Of a stretch of DNA of 64,000 nucleotides, positions 22,662 to 34,029 are shown piece after piece. The DNA lies in contig CAWJRW010000006.1 of NCBI GenBank assembly GCA_963845385.1, positions 1,224,910 to 1,288,909 of the forward strand, written 5' to 3'. Positions within the stretch are counted from its first letter, which is position 1. Each line of letters starts with the position of its first letter. The translations under genes were made by a program, and so were the position numbers. The DNA is from an uncultured Alphaproteobacteria bacterium. GTDB taxonomy: Bacteria; Pseudomonadota; Alphaproteobacteria; CAWJRW01. Below the pieces are notes generated by a model, which was not told the DNA's origin, searched no databases, and worked only from the letters and a program-made list of their open reading frames with translations.

Positions 22662-23906
22662 CTCAGCTCAGATGGATGAGCCAAAGTCGCGCGATCTCGG
22701 CGGTGCCGTCCTTGCCGCTGATGGAGGAAAAGGTCTGGCGCGCCTTTTCCTTCTGATTGGCGAGGAGATAGGCCCGCGCCAAGTTGAGCTTGGCCTCCTC
22801 CGGGCTCTTGACCCCGGCCTTGGCGAGCCCGCGCTGCAGGCCACGATCGCCTTGTCATACATGGCCGTAGCTTGCATAGGCCTCGCCGAGCTGGACGTCC
22901 TTCTCGCCCTGCGGGCGAGGACTTTGCGCGGCGCTTTCGAGTTGCGCCAGGACGTTTTGATCGGCGGCGGCCTGCCTTGGTCGCCATTTCGAGCAGGCGC
23001 TTTGGGTCGGCCGCGCGCCTTGGCTCAGGACACCTATTTGAAGCCCTTCTCGAGGACCATCTTCGCATCGCCCGGGAAACCCGGTGTGGAGCGCGACTTC
23101 GGCCATCGAGGTGTAGTCGGCGGGCTTGACCAGCGCGCCGGTCGCAACTGCAGACGATAGATGTCGAGCGAGCGCTTGTCCAGGTGCCCGGCTTGCGCTT
23201 CAGACTGGAGAGCAGATCGCTCCAGTATTCCGGCTTGGGATACTTGCGCACGAGCCGCTCGAGCGTCTTGTATAGCCTTTGCTGTCGCCGCCTTTGTATT
23301 GGGCGGCCATGAGGAGCTGCAGGGTAGCTTCGTCCGGGCGCCTGCCGGCGCTCTCTTGCAACTGAATAGGCGTTGTTCACGTTCTTCGCCGGCGGTGGCG
23401 TAGTCGCCCATGAGGTAGGCGGACTGGCCCGCGATGACCAGCATGTCGGCGTCCGAAGGATTGGCGGCAAGCCATTGATTGGCGAGGCTCAGCGACTTCG
23501 AATAATTCTTGGTCAGAAGTACATGCTGACGAGCGCCGCTGCCGGACGGTCAAGTCCTTGGCGGCGATCTGGCCGGACTTGAGCACCGCCTCATAGGCCC
23601 GCGCCGCATTGCCGTAGTCGCCAAGCCGCTGATAAAGGAAGCCCTGCAGGTCGTTGATCACGAATTGCTCATAGGCCGACTTGCCCGAGAGATTTGTTGG
23701 CCTCGTTGACCTTATTAAGCGCGTCGCGGAATTTCTGCTCGCGATAAGCTTCTGCGCGTCCTGAAGCGGCTTGCCCACCTTGGCGCTGACGGTTGGACCG
23801 CCCGCAGCCCAGGCGCTCTGGGACAAGGCCGGCTGATGCCGGCGCGCCGAGCGCCAAGGCCGCACCCAGGAAAACAACGGCTATCAAGGCGTTTTCCAAT
23901 CATCAT
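22662..23906 (-). CDS. Exported TPR-repeat protein, last gene of the tonB-exbBD operon (several frame breaks)
   Basis: MMIGKR..IAVVFLGAALALGAPASA signal, then TPR-like fragments (YQRLGDYGNAARAYEAVLK..., LGEAYASYG..., NLARAYLLANQKEKARQTF...) across three frames. Boundaries are approximate. Confidence 0.6.
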
Positions 23907-23978
23907 TGTTCTCCGCAGCGAACGCGAGTTACCAATCATTTTGGTAGAGAATATGTCAGGACAAGGGCGGTAAGGCGA

Positions 23979-24429
23979 TCATTCCAAGAATTGCTCGCTG
24001 CCGACGAGCCCGATCTTGACGACGCCGAGCCGCTGGGCGGTGGCGAGCACACGGGCGACGTGCTCGTAAATGACGAGCCTATTAGCGGTGAGATGGATCT
24101 CGGACTGGGTTTCGACCGGCTTCCGGCCGACGCCCGCAGATAGCCTTGAGCACCTTGTAGCTTGACGGGATCGGCCGGACTGAGCCACGAAGTTGCCGTT
24201 CCAATAGACAGTGCCGTCAAAGTCGACATTGATATTGACGACCTCCGGCAGGAACGTCGGCGGCGGCAACGTTCACTTCCGGCATGTCGAGCTTCACGGC
24301 ATGCGTCTGGATCGGCAGCGTAATGATCAGCATGACCAGAAGCACCAACATCACGTCGATCAGCGGCGTGGTGTTCATCTCCACCATCACTTCTTGCGTG
24401 CCCGAGGTAGGGCCGATACTCATGGCCAT
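23979..24429 (-). CDS. exbD: ExbD/TolR family protein (frame breaks)
   Basis: MAMSIGPTSGTQEVMVEMNTTPLIDVMLVLLVMLIITLP... (ORF 24217..24429). The C-terminus ...IHLTANRLVIYEHVARVLATAQRLGVVKIGLVG is in ORF 23979..24269. Confidence 0.8.
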
Positions 24430-24432
24430 GGC

Positions 24433-24924
24433 TTAAGCGCTCCTGCGACTGTTTCGGCGCCGATCATCGTTGCTCATTACGCACGGCGGCTCGAGAATGA
24501 AGCCGATTTTCGGGGTTCCGGCGCGCTGGGCAGATCACGACGATGCGCCCAACATATCTCGTAGCGCACCCGCAGGTCGGCACGAACATGAACCTCCGGC
24601 AACGGCTTGCCCGCCGTCCGCGGCCCTCTGGTTGGTATCCTTGAGCCGATCTGGAGAAGCGTCCGCGTAGTCCGCGAGATGGTGCATCATTCCAAAACGT
24701 GTTGCCGCTCCTGGTCGATCGCGATAACGATGTTCTCCGGCTTGGTCTGCGTCGGAATGTTGATCTCTGCTGGCAGCTCAACCGGCACCGTCTTCGTGAT
24801 CACCGGCATGGTGATCAGAAAGATGATGAGCAGCACCAACATGACGTCGACGAGCGGCGTCGTGTTGATGGTCGAGTTGAGTTCGTCATCCCCGCTGTCG
24901 GCAGGGACCGACAGCCATCGCCAT
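24433..24924 (-). CDS. exbD: ExbD/TolR family protein (frame breaks)
   Basis: [40 protein letters not shown]... The C-terminal pieces [13 protein letters not shown] / YVGRIVVI / [15 protein letters not shown] lie in three different frames. Confidence 0.75.
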
Positions 24925-25918
24925 GTCAGCCCCGCTTCGGCCGCGCTTTCTGTCGCCAACAGAATGCCGTGAACTCGGGACGCAAAGCCGCGCACGCGCT
25001 CCATGAGGACTCTGATTGCGACGGACCAGCAAGTTGTAGATGAGCACCGCCGGCACCGCGACAGCGAGACCAAGGGCGGTCATGATCAGCGCCTCGCCCA
25101 CGGGACCTGCCACCTGATCGATGGAGGCCTGGCCCGAAACGCCGATCTTGATCAGCGCGTGATAGATGCCCCACACCGTTCCGAACAGTCCGACGAACGG
25201 TGCGGTCGAGCCGACGGTGGCCAAGAACGCAAGCCCGCTCTGCAGCCGGCTGCCCACCGACATCGACGGACGGTTGAGGGCCATCGAGCACCCAGTCGTT
25301 GAGAGTTGATCTGACTGGCAAGGCTCGCATGCTCGCTGGCCGGCCTTCATGCCGTCTTCGGCGACGGCGCGGAAGGCGCTTGCGCCCTCGAGCTGCGCGG
25401 CTCCGTCTTTGACGCTCGCCGCGCGCAAGAAACGGTTGTCGGCGGTGCGCGCGTGTTTCATCACCCGGCCCTGCTCGAGATACTTGGTGAAGAGGAGTAC
25501 CAGGTGCCGACCGACATGATGAGGAGAATGGCGAAGACAGTTCGCGACACCCAGTCACCCTCACGCAAAAGGCGCCGAGGCCGTAAGGATTTTCCACTTC
25601 TTCGTTGCACGTGGCCGGCCACTCGGCGGGCGGCGTCGGCCTCGGCCACCGCACCTTCGGCGGGAACGCCTTCGGCGCCCGGCGTGGTCCCCGGCACCGT
25701 CTCCGTGCCCCGACCGGAGCAGCTTCGCCCGGCGCTGTCGCGGGCGCGACCCCGTGCCAGGCGCGGGGTGGCGGGGGCGCCGTGCTGCCCGGCGCTGTCC
25801 GTTGCGGGCTGGGCGGAGGCCGGCGTGCCGGCGGTCAACACAAAACGAGCGCCGCACAGGCGACACCCGGAACCAATGCGGCCATCCGCCGCCAGCGCTC
25901 GACAATCATGTGTTTCAT
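24925..25918 (-). CDS. exbB: ExbB/MotA/TolQ proton-channel protein with long N-terminal extension (frame breaks)
   Basis: [24 protein letters not shown] signal, an Ala/Pro-rich linker, then ENPYGL...[21 protein letters not shown]..., and the core [27 protein letters not shown]...[22 protein letters not shown]. The 3' boundary is approximate. Confidence 0.8.
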
Positions 25919-25933
25919 CCCACTCGACGTTGT

Positions 25934-26587
25934 TCAGCTTCCACCGTTCAATGGACCATTCGGATCGGCGCCAGCCCGAGGGCAACCCCTCGCGTCGGTC
26001 CGTGCTCCATGTCGACGTCTCAACCGCAGGCATCCTTCTTCGTCCTGCGTCGAACACCGAAATTGCACATTGATCTTGAACCAGTCGACCGCGGGCTCGT
26101 TGCCGAGCCGTCCGGGCGAGAAGCGCCAGGTGTTGAGGCGGTTGTCAGCGCGGATTCGTCCAGCAGCGGAAAGCCGCTCGACTTCGCAACCTTGCCTTGC
26201 CTGACGCTGCCCGTTTCATCCAGGTAAAGGGCGACGAACACATGCCCTCCTCCCGCAGCCGTTGCGAAGCCGGCGGATAAGGAGGCCTCGGGGCTTGACC
26301 TGCTCTTCGGCCAAACGCGATCGCTCGTCACCGCCTGGATCGCGTTGAGCCCGCGCCGATGAATGGTCGATGTCGACCGGCGGCACATAGACCGGCGGTG
26401 GCTTCTCGAGCTCGGGCGGCGGCGGCGGCATGTCCTTCGGCGGCCTGTTCCTGCTCTGCGATGAGCGTGGTCTTGAATCTGCTGTATGAGAGGCGTGAAT
26501 TTCAGGTGCGTGATCGAGCATGGTAATGAGCCCCCACACCATCGCAACATGAAAAGCCCCGACGAAGCCGAAGCTGATTAGACGCAT
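25934..26587 (-). CDS. tonB: TonB energy transducer (frame breaks)
   Basis: N-terminal TM segment MRLISFGFVGAFHVAMVWGLI, proline-rich PPPPPELEKPPPVYVPP, and C-terminal domain YPPASQRLREEG..VFVALYLDETGSVRQGKVAKSSGFPLLDESAL. Confidence 0.8.
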
Positions 26588-26621
26588 GTACTGTTGGGGT
26601 TCGCGGACGATAAGCCATGGC

Positions 26622-26634
26622 GATAATCATTTGA
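26622..26634 (-). promoter_or_regulatory. Fur-box-like sequence upstream of tonB
   Basis: GATAATCATTTGA compared with the right half of the Fur consensus GATAATCATTATC. It lies 35-47 nt upstream of the tonB ATG. Confidence 0.3.
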
Positions 26635-27093
26635 CACAAAGAACTAGGCTCGGGATCAAGAACCCGCGCGGCGTCGCAAAAACATTCGCTCGCAGAGTGA
26701 ACTCCGGCCGCTTACAAACCTGGCTGCCGACGGGGAGCGAGACGGCGCGGCGGCCGCGCAGATTGCCTAGCAACGAACATTTTTCAAGCCAGTCCTCGTG
26801 AATTCCTCCTTAGAGATTTGCCCCCAAACGTACACTGCCCGATTTGTGCGTTTTTATGGCAGATCGGTCCGCACGCGCTAGGCATAACAAGCTCTGATTG
26901 AGCCTAGATAACATGGGACCCCAACGGTATACAAGCCATTGACACCGCCGAATGCGTGGCATCCGGCCATCGCCGCCATTTTCGCCGTGCGCGCCGCGCC
27001 CAACGATGTCCGGAATCGGCGCCTCGCGCTCTAAGCACCCTGGCCTCATCATGAATAACGGTTCATCCTGCTGCCCATCTTCTCCGCTCGCAC

Positions 27094-27548
27094 TTAAGGC
27101 GATTGGGTCGCCGGACGCATCGCACCGACTGCAGACGGCGGCGAGGCGCGCCCGCGCCCGCTCTTCCTCGCCATAAGGCTCCGCGGCACCGTTCGCCCAA
27201 ACCGGCTTCGGCCAGGCCGCGTCCTTCTTGAAGCGAGCGATGACATGAACATGGAGTTGAGGGACTTGACTGCCAAGCGCCGCGACATGCATTTTGTCTG
27301 CGCCGGTCACGATTGCGAGAGGAGGCGGCTTGCGCGCGTCAATTTCTTGCGCGAAGGACGCCCTGATCCTCGCTCGCCAATCGTGAAGTCGCGTAAGCCC
27401 GGACGTTCTGGGACCAGCACGAGCCAAGGAAAGCGGCGGTCGTCCATGAGCGCGGACCTGGCACACACGCCAACGCAGCAAAAACTGCGTCGCCTGCTCG
27501 AGGCGCGGATCGATTTGGAAGGATTCGGCAGGTGCGGTCTCCGGCCAT
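27094..27548 (-). CDS. HIT-family (histidine triad) protein (several frame breaks; 3' end uncertain)
   Basis: Fragments ...ALMDDRRFPWLVLVPERPGLRDF... and ...ADKMHVAALGSQVPQLHVHVIARFKKDAAWPKPVW... carry the HxHxH motif. Confidence 0.7.
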
Positions 27549-27562
27549 CGGCGCAGGATTGC

Positions 27563-27980
27563 CTATTCCTTCTGCGGCTCTGCGCTCTCATAGAGCTCGA
27601 GATGGAAGCGATGCAGCAAGCGCTGGGCCAACGGACCGAAGAGCACCGCGAAAGAAGTGAGAAACGCGACGCCGCTGAACAGAGCATAGGCAGATGCGAA
27701 CAGCTTGGCCGCGCCGTGGGAAGGGGTGAGACGGGGCCCATGCCGGTGAGAATCATCGCCGCGTTGAGCAAGGCATCGACCCAGGGCAGCCCCGCAAAGC
27801 TGTGATAGCCGAGAACACCGAGCCCCAGCGCCGCGGAATGAGCACGCTCCCGACGACGGCATTGCGCAAGAGCGTGCGAAGAAAATGTGCGCCGGGCGGC
27901 GAGCGGCTTGTGACGCAATCTTGGCAGCGCGTACTGTGATCCGCGCGTGAACGGCAGATGACATTGAAATCTCCTCGCAT
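27563..27980 (-). CDS. Small membrane protein with ion-channel-pore-like segment (frame breaks)
   Basis: The pieces ...AALGLGVLGYHSFAGLPWVDALLNAAMILTGMGPV... and ...AAKLFASAYALFSGVAFLTSFAVLFGPLAQRLLHRFHLELYE lie in different minus frames. Confidence 0.4.
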
Positions 27981-28129
27981 GCGCCAGGCGCCGGGCCTGA
28001 CGCGCGTTGGGCGAGCCTAGCATCGGCGGGAACGCGCCGCTCCGGTGCGGGCTGGCTTTCGCCGGGGGCCCGCGGAGTGCGCTAGGCTCTGCGCCGATAC
28101 AGCACGCATTCGCCCATTGCGGGGGATCA

Positions 28130-29207
28130 ATGAGCGCAGCAACGGCGGGCGACGGGCAAGAGGCGGTTGCCATCTCCTTCAGAGGGCGCACGAGCACCAT
28201 GATCGGGCTCGCGCTCAAGATTTTCCTTTTCGGCATCGTCACGCTCACCCTCTACCGCTTTTGGGGCCGGACGGAGGTGCGCCGTTATCTCTGGTCGCAT
28301 ATCGAGATCAACGGCGAGCCGGTCGAATACACAGGCACAGGCCGCGAGCTTTTTCTCGGTTTCATTGTCGTCGTGCTGTCTGATCATTTTGCCGCTCATC
28401 TTCGCCGGCTATGCGATCCAGCTTTCCTACAAGCGAAGGAAGTCCGCAACAAGTGGCGGCCATCGCGGGCATCTACGCAGTCTTGTTCCTGCTCTACATG
28501 GCGTCGGCATCTATCAGGCTTGGCGCTACCGGCTGAGCCGCACGGTGTGGCGCGGCGTGCGCATGGCGCTCACGGGCTCGGTGCTTGACTTACGGCATCC
28601 GCATCGCACTTCTCAATCTCGCCAATGTGCTGCTTCTCGGCTGGCTCACGCCCATCGTCGACATCGCGTTCTTGCGCATGATCGGGCGCAACGCCTAGTA
28701 CGGCGACCGCCGCTTCTCCTTCGCGGCCAAGGCCAGGCAACTCTACGGCGCCTTCGCCGTAAGCTATGGCGTCGGCCTCTTGCTCTTTGCGCTGCTGGCC
28801 TTCGTCCTCGCGTCTCATCATGCCTGCGCTCAAGATCGAGCCGACGGCGCCGGCGGTACCGATCGACCCGCAAGCCATCGCGACCCTGCTGCCGGTGGCC
28901 GCGCTGGCATTCTTGCTCGGGCTACTTTTTCTGATCATCGCGAGCATTTTCTACCGGAAGCGCCGGCTTGCAGATCTTCGGCAGCGCGTTCCGGCTGGGC
29001 GAGCTCTCCTTCAATCTCGAAACGAGCTTCTGGAGCTTTTTCCGGCTCGCGGTCGGCAACCTGCTCGTCGTCATGCTGACCTTCGGCTTCGGCATGCCGA
29101 TCGCGGAGTTGCGCACTTTCCGCTACATCTTCCGCCGCCTGGAAATTCAAGGCAGGTTCGATTTCGCCGGCATCGGCCACAGCACGGGCCCGGCCGCGCA
29201 TCGGTGA
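28130..29207 (+). CDS. DUF898 (YjgN-like) membrane protein (frame breaks plus an in-frame TAG at 28696-28698)
   Basis: MSAATAG...ISFRGRTSTMIGLALKIFLFGIVTLTLYRFWGRTEVRRYLWSHIEINGEPVEYTGTGRELF. A second repeat ...FRLGELSFNLETSFWSFFRLAVGNLLVVMLTFGFGMPIAELRTFRYIF. Confidence 0.75.
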
Positions 29208-29245
29208 GGGCCTCGCAGAGGCGTTTGGTCTCGGGAACGTTTGAC

Positions 29246-30450
29246 GTGACGCATCAGGGCTTATTCTTCGACGGCGAATCCGCGCACGCGCAGCCGGTCG
29301 AGATCACGTTCGAGGCAAGGGATCTCGTCCTCGCCCATGACGGACGGGTCCTTGCGCGCTGGCGCTATCGCACGCTCTTACTCCTCACCCCGGGCGAGCA
29401 CGCGGGCTTGCGCATCGGCTCGCGCAGGGCGGGCGATGCGCGGCTCGTTATCGAAGACGAGGCCGCGGTCGCGGAATTGCGAAGGCGCGCGCCACATCTG
29501 TTTCCCAAGCGCAGCGCGCGCTTGCTGATGCGCCGCGCCCTCCTCTTTGGCGCTGCAAGCGCGGCTGCTCTTGGTCGCCGCTTATTTCGCGCTGCCTTAT
29601 CTCGCCGAGGCGCTGGTGCCCCTGGTGCCGGTCGAGGTCGAGCGGCAGATCGGCGAGCGGATGCATGCGGCGTTCGACGCAGAGCTTCGGCTCCTGCGCG
29701 GGCGAGCAGGACAAGCCCGCGCTCGCCATCCTTGACCGCCTGGCCAAGCGCATCCTCGCTTCGACGCGCACGCCCTTCGACGTCACGGTCGTTGTCTCCC
29801 AAATGAAGCTCGAAAATGCCTTCGCGCTGCCGGGCGGCATCCTGGTGCTGACCCATCAGCTCATCGCGCTGATGGAAAGCCCCGACGAGCTTGCGGGCGT
29901 GCTCGGTCACGAGCTCGGCCATGTGGTGGAGCATCACGCGATGATCGGCATGGTGGAAAGCGCGGGCCTTTCGCTCGGCAGCACGCTTCTTTTCGGCGGC
30001 GGCTCGACCTCGGGCGAGTGGCTCGTCAACGCGGCCTCGACGCTCGCGTCGCTGTCCTATTCGCGGCGTCTGGAAATGCGCGCCGACGAACGCGGCATCG
30101 CGATGCTCGAGGCCGCGGGCATCAGCCCACTCGGTCTTGCGACATTGTTCGAGCGGCTCGAGCACAAGGACGCGGCGGCGAAAGAGGGCGAGAGCGCAAA
30201 GGGCGACGGCAAGACGAACGGCGAGACGGAAGAATTCGCTGTCCGTTTTCTTGAGCAGCCACCCGCCCTCGGCGCTGCGCATCGCGCGCGCGCGGAAGTC
30301 GGCGCTCGCCAAGGCGCCGCCCGCGCTCAGCGGCGAGGAATGGGCGGCCGTGAAGGCGATTTGCGCCCGAGCGAGCACCGCGACGCCGGAGTCACGCCGC
30401 GCGCCGGCAAGCCGCAGCGCCACCCCGCCCGACGAGGGCGGCTCAGCGCA
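29246..30450 (+). CDS. M48-family zinc metallopeptidase with N-terminal accessory domain (frame breaks; 3' end uncertain)
   Basis: The GTG start gives THQGLFFDGESAHAQPVEITFE... The catalytic region ...ENAFALPGGILVLT...LAGVLGHELGHVVEHH...RRLEMRADERG, then ...SSHPPSALRIARA one frame over. Confidence 0.8.
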
Positions 30451-30486
30451 CGCCGCGGACGCTTTCGAAGGCCCGGCCGGGATCGC

Positions 30487-31764
30487 TCACGACGGCGCCG
30501 CCTGCATCACCGGCCCCGGCTTGGCTTTGAGCAGCGCGAGCCCGATGAGGCTGGGCAAGAGCGCGACCAAGAGCGCGAGAAACGCCGCGTCGTAGCTGCC
30601 GAACATGTCGCGCGCGCTGCCCGCAATGAACGCCCCTGCACCCCCGCAATGGTGATGGAGGGCGAGACGAGGCCGAAGGCGCGGCTGAAGCTCGCCGCGC
30701 CGAAGCGCGCCGCGAGCAAGGCGCCGACCAGCGGCAGAACGCCCGCGACCGTGAAGCCCATGACCATGTTGGTGGCCAGAAGAACCCCGTAGCCGGGACC
30801 GGTGGACAGCACACCGAAGCCCGCGACCATCGAAGAGGATGATCAGCATGAGCATCAGCCGGAGATCGATCCGGTCCGCAAATGCGCCGGCCGCCACCGT
30901 GCCGATGACCGCCATCAGCGAGCCTAGGGAAACGACAAGCGCGGCTTGACTCGTCGTGCCGCCCAAATCGGCGACAATCGGGCCGAGATTGAAGAAGTAG
31001 CCGTTGAAGGCGAGAAGCGTCGCCACAAAGATGATGACCGCGCCCCAGAATGTCCGGTCACGGATGATTTCGGCGGTCGTCCACACCCTGTCCTCGGCAG
31101 CCGCGACGCTCTCGGCGCCCGGCGCGGCAGGCTCGGGCGCGACACCTTTTTCTTCGGGCGTGTTGCGCACCAAGAACCAAACCAGCGGCGCGACGATGAC
31201 CACCATCAGTCCCGTGAGCAGAAGATAGGCGGTGCGCCAGCCGTAGAGATCGAGGAGAAAGCCTGCGAGCGGCGGCACCGCGGTGCCGCCAAGCGGCGCG
31301 CCGACGGCCACGAGCCCGATGGCAAGGCCGCGCCGTCTGCGGAACCATTTTACCGCGAGCGTCTGGGCCGCGATCGGGCCGGTCAGCACGAGTCCTGCCG
31401 CGATGAAAAGTCCGTAGATGACCGAGATCTGCCACATGGCGCCAGCCACGGAGACGAGCGCAAGTCCGAGCGCGAGGAGGCCCACGCCGCCAACCATGAG
31501 GAGCCGGATCGAGCGCTTGTCCATCGCGAAGCCCGCGATCGGGCTCAACAGGCCGATGCCGAAATTCGCGAGCATGTTCGCGCCCATGACCTCGCCGCGC
31601 GAGGCGCCGAAAGCCTTCGCCAAAGGCTCGGCCCACAGCGTGAAGGAGAAGAGCCCGATGCCCCAAGCGAACGCGAGCGTGATGAGCGCGACAGCGACGA
31701 TGACCCAGCCATAATAGATGCGCACGAAACGTTCCTCCCGATGTTCGCCGAGTTTTTTCGCCAA
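30487..31764 (-). CDS. MFS transporter (oxalate/formate-antiporter-like; two frame breaks near the 3' end)
   Basis: ORF 30487..31764 has about 12 TM segments. The C-terminal helices are split between it and ORF 30507..30830. Confidence 0.8.
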   Translation of the reverse strand: MAKKLGEHREERFVRIYYGWVIVAVALITLAFAWGIGLFSFTLWAEPLAKAFGASRGEVMGANMLANFGIGLLSPIAGFAMDKRSIRLLMVGGVGLLALGLALVSVAGAMWQISVIYGLFIAAGLVLTGPIAAQTLAVKWFRRRRGLAIGLVAVGAPLGGTAVPPLAGFLLDLYGWRTAYLLLTGLMVVIVAPLVWFLVRNTPEEKGVAPEPAAPGAESVAAAEDRVWTTAEIIRDRTFWGAVIIFVATLLAFNGYFFNLGPIVADLGGTTSQAALVVSLGSLMAVIGTVAAGAFADRIDLRLMLMLIILFDGRGLRCAVHRSRLRGSSGHQHGHGLHGRGRSAAGRRLARGALRRGELQPRLRPRLALHHHCGGAGAFIAGSARDMFGSYDAAFLALLVALLPSLIGLALLKAKPGPVMQAAPS

Positions 31765-31894
31765 GGCGGGCGCGCCGGCCTGTCAAGTTTTTTCTGCGCC
31801 GAATGCTGCACGCGGCAGATGCTGATTGCAAGCAAGGGCTCTCTCGCGACGCGCCCGACCAACGTTTGATTGGATGTGATCACCCGCGACGCGG

Positions 31895-32020
31895 CTCGTG
31901 CCACCTCCCCTTGAAAAGGAGAGGTCGGCGCGGAGCGCCGGGTGGGGATCAAGACCGCGCAAATCGATGGCCGGTCAACCCCCACCCTATCCCTCCCCCT
32001 TTCTGGGGGAGGGAACAAAT
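31895..32020. repeat. G/C-tract hairpin repeat copies
   Basis: CCACCTCCCCTTGAAAAGGAGAGG... and CCCTCCCCCTTTCTGGGGGAGGG. Confidence 0.6.
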
Positions 32021-32069
32021 CTTCAATGTAACCCGAACAGGTTCGGCTCAGGTTCGCTGAACAGAGTGC

Positions 32070-33982
32070 TTACTGCGCAGCGCTGCCGACGTGCTCGTGA
32101 GCCGCATCCGCTTCGGCCGCCACCAGCGCCTCTTCAGCTTCGAGCGCACGGGCGAGCCGTTCGCGGGCGGTCTCGGCTTCCTGCTGGCGCTGCCACATCG
32201 CGGCATAAGCGCCGCCCTTGGCGAGCAAGGCGTCGTGGCGGCCGCGCTCGATGATGCGCCCCCGCTCGAGCACGAGAATCTCGTCCGCATCGACGATGGT
32301 GGAAAGCCGGTGCGCGATGACGAGCGAGGTGCGGCCCGCGGTGACCGCCTGAAGCGCCGCCTGCAGATCGCGCTCGGTGTGCGTATCGAGCGCCGAGGTC
32401 GCCTCGTCGAGCAGCATGATCGGCGGAGTCCTTGAGCACCATGCGCGCGATCGCCACGCGCTGCTTCTCGCCGCCCGACAATTTCAAGCCGCGCTCGCCC
32501 ACCATGGTGTCGTAGCCTAGCGGCAGGCTTTCGACGAAGTCGTGGATCTGCGCCACGCGCGCGGCCGCGTCCACCTCTTCGTCGCTGGCATCGGGGCGGC
32601 CGTAGCGGACGTTGTAGCGGATCGTGTCGTTGAAGAGCACGGCGTCCTGGGGGACCATGCCGATCGCCGCGCGCAAGGACGCTTGCGTCGCCTTGGCGAT
32701 GTCCTGGCCGTCGATCGTGATGCGCCCGCCCGTGACGTCGTAGAAGCGGAAGAGAAGCCGCGAGATCGTGGACTTGCCCGCGCCCGAGGGTCCGACGATC
32801 GCCACCTTGTGGCCCGCCGGCACCGCGAAGGAGAGATGATCGAGGATTTGCCGCTCGGGATCGTAAGAAAAGGAGACGTCCTCGAAACCGATCTCGCCCG
32901 CCGGCACTATCGAGCGGCTTGGCATCGGGCGCGTCGCGGATTTCGGGCGGCACGCCCAAGAGCTCGAACATGTTCTCCATGTCGACCAGCGCCTGGCGGA
33001 TCTCGCGATAGACGGTGCCGAGAAAGTTGAGCGGCTGATAAAGCTGCATGAGCCAGACATTGATGGCGCTGAACTCGCCCACCGTCATCGTGCCGTTCAT
33101 CACGCGCAGCGCCGCGAGCGCGAGAAGCGCGCCCAAGCCCAGATTGAAGATCACCGCCTGGCCCGCATTGAGATAGGCGAGCGATTCCATGGTGCGCACG
33201 GCCGCCGTCTCGTAGCCCGCCATGGACTTGTCGAAGCGGCGCGCCTCGTGGATCTCGTTGCCGAAATATTTGACCGTCTCGAAATTGAGGAGACTATCCA
33301 CGGCCTTGCTGTTGGCGTCGGTGTCGCGCTCGTTCATCTGGCGGCGGAATTTCGTGCGCCATTCGGTAATGGAGAAGGTGAACCAGACATAGATGACAAC
33401 GGTCGCGAGCGTGATCGCCGGAAACAGCGCGCCGAAGAGATACCAGAAGAGCCCGGTGAGGATGACGAGCTCGATGATGGTCGGCGCGACGTTGAAGAGC
33501 GTGAAGCGGATCAGGAACTCGATGCCCTTGACGCCGCGGTCGATGACGCGCGACAGCCCGCCGGTGCGCCGCTCGAGATGGAAGCGCAGCGAAAGCGCGT
33601 GCAGATGCTCGAAGGTGACGAGGGCCACGCGCCGCACGGCATATTGGCTCACGGGCGCCGCGAGGTAGTCGCGGACCTGCGCGAAGATGATCTGCAGCAC
33701 GCGCCCGAGCGTGAAGGCCAGCACAAGGCCGATGACGAGCTTGAGCGGGGTGCTCGTCTTGAGCGCATCGATCGCGCGGCCGAAGTAGACGGGCGTCACG
33801 ACGGTCGCGATCTTGGCGACGAGGAGCGCCAAGAGCGCGAGCACGGTGCGGCGTTTCAAGTCGCCGCGGCCGCGCGGCCAGAGATAGGGCGCGAGCGCTT
33901 CGAGCGTCCACAAGATCCGCCGTCCTTTTGGCCGGTCGGCGAAAAGCGTCGGACGCTTCATGAGATGCACCTTACGGATCAT
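32070..33982 (-). CDS. ABC transporter permease/ATPase, Atm1/HMT1-like exporter (two frame breaks)
   Basis: The TMD is in ORF 32048..34141 (start [11 protein letters not shown] at 33982). The NBD is in ORF 32134..33060 ([22 protein letters not shown]) and ORF 32070..32417 ([11 protein letters not shown]...). Confidence 0.88.
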
Positions 33983-34029
33983 GGCGCCATCATCGGCGAC
34001 GCGAGCGCGCGCGGAAAAGCCCTCGCAGC

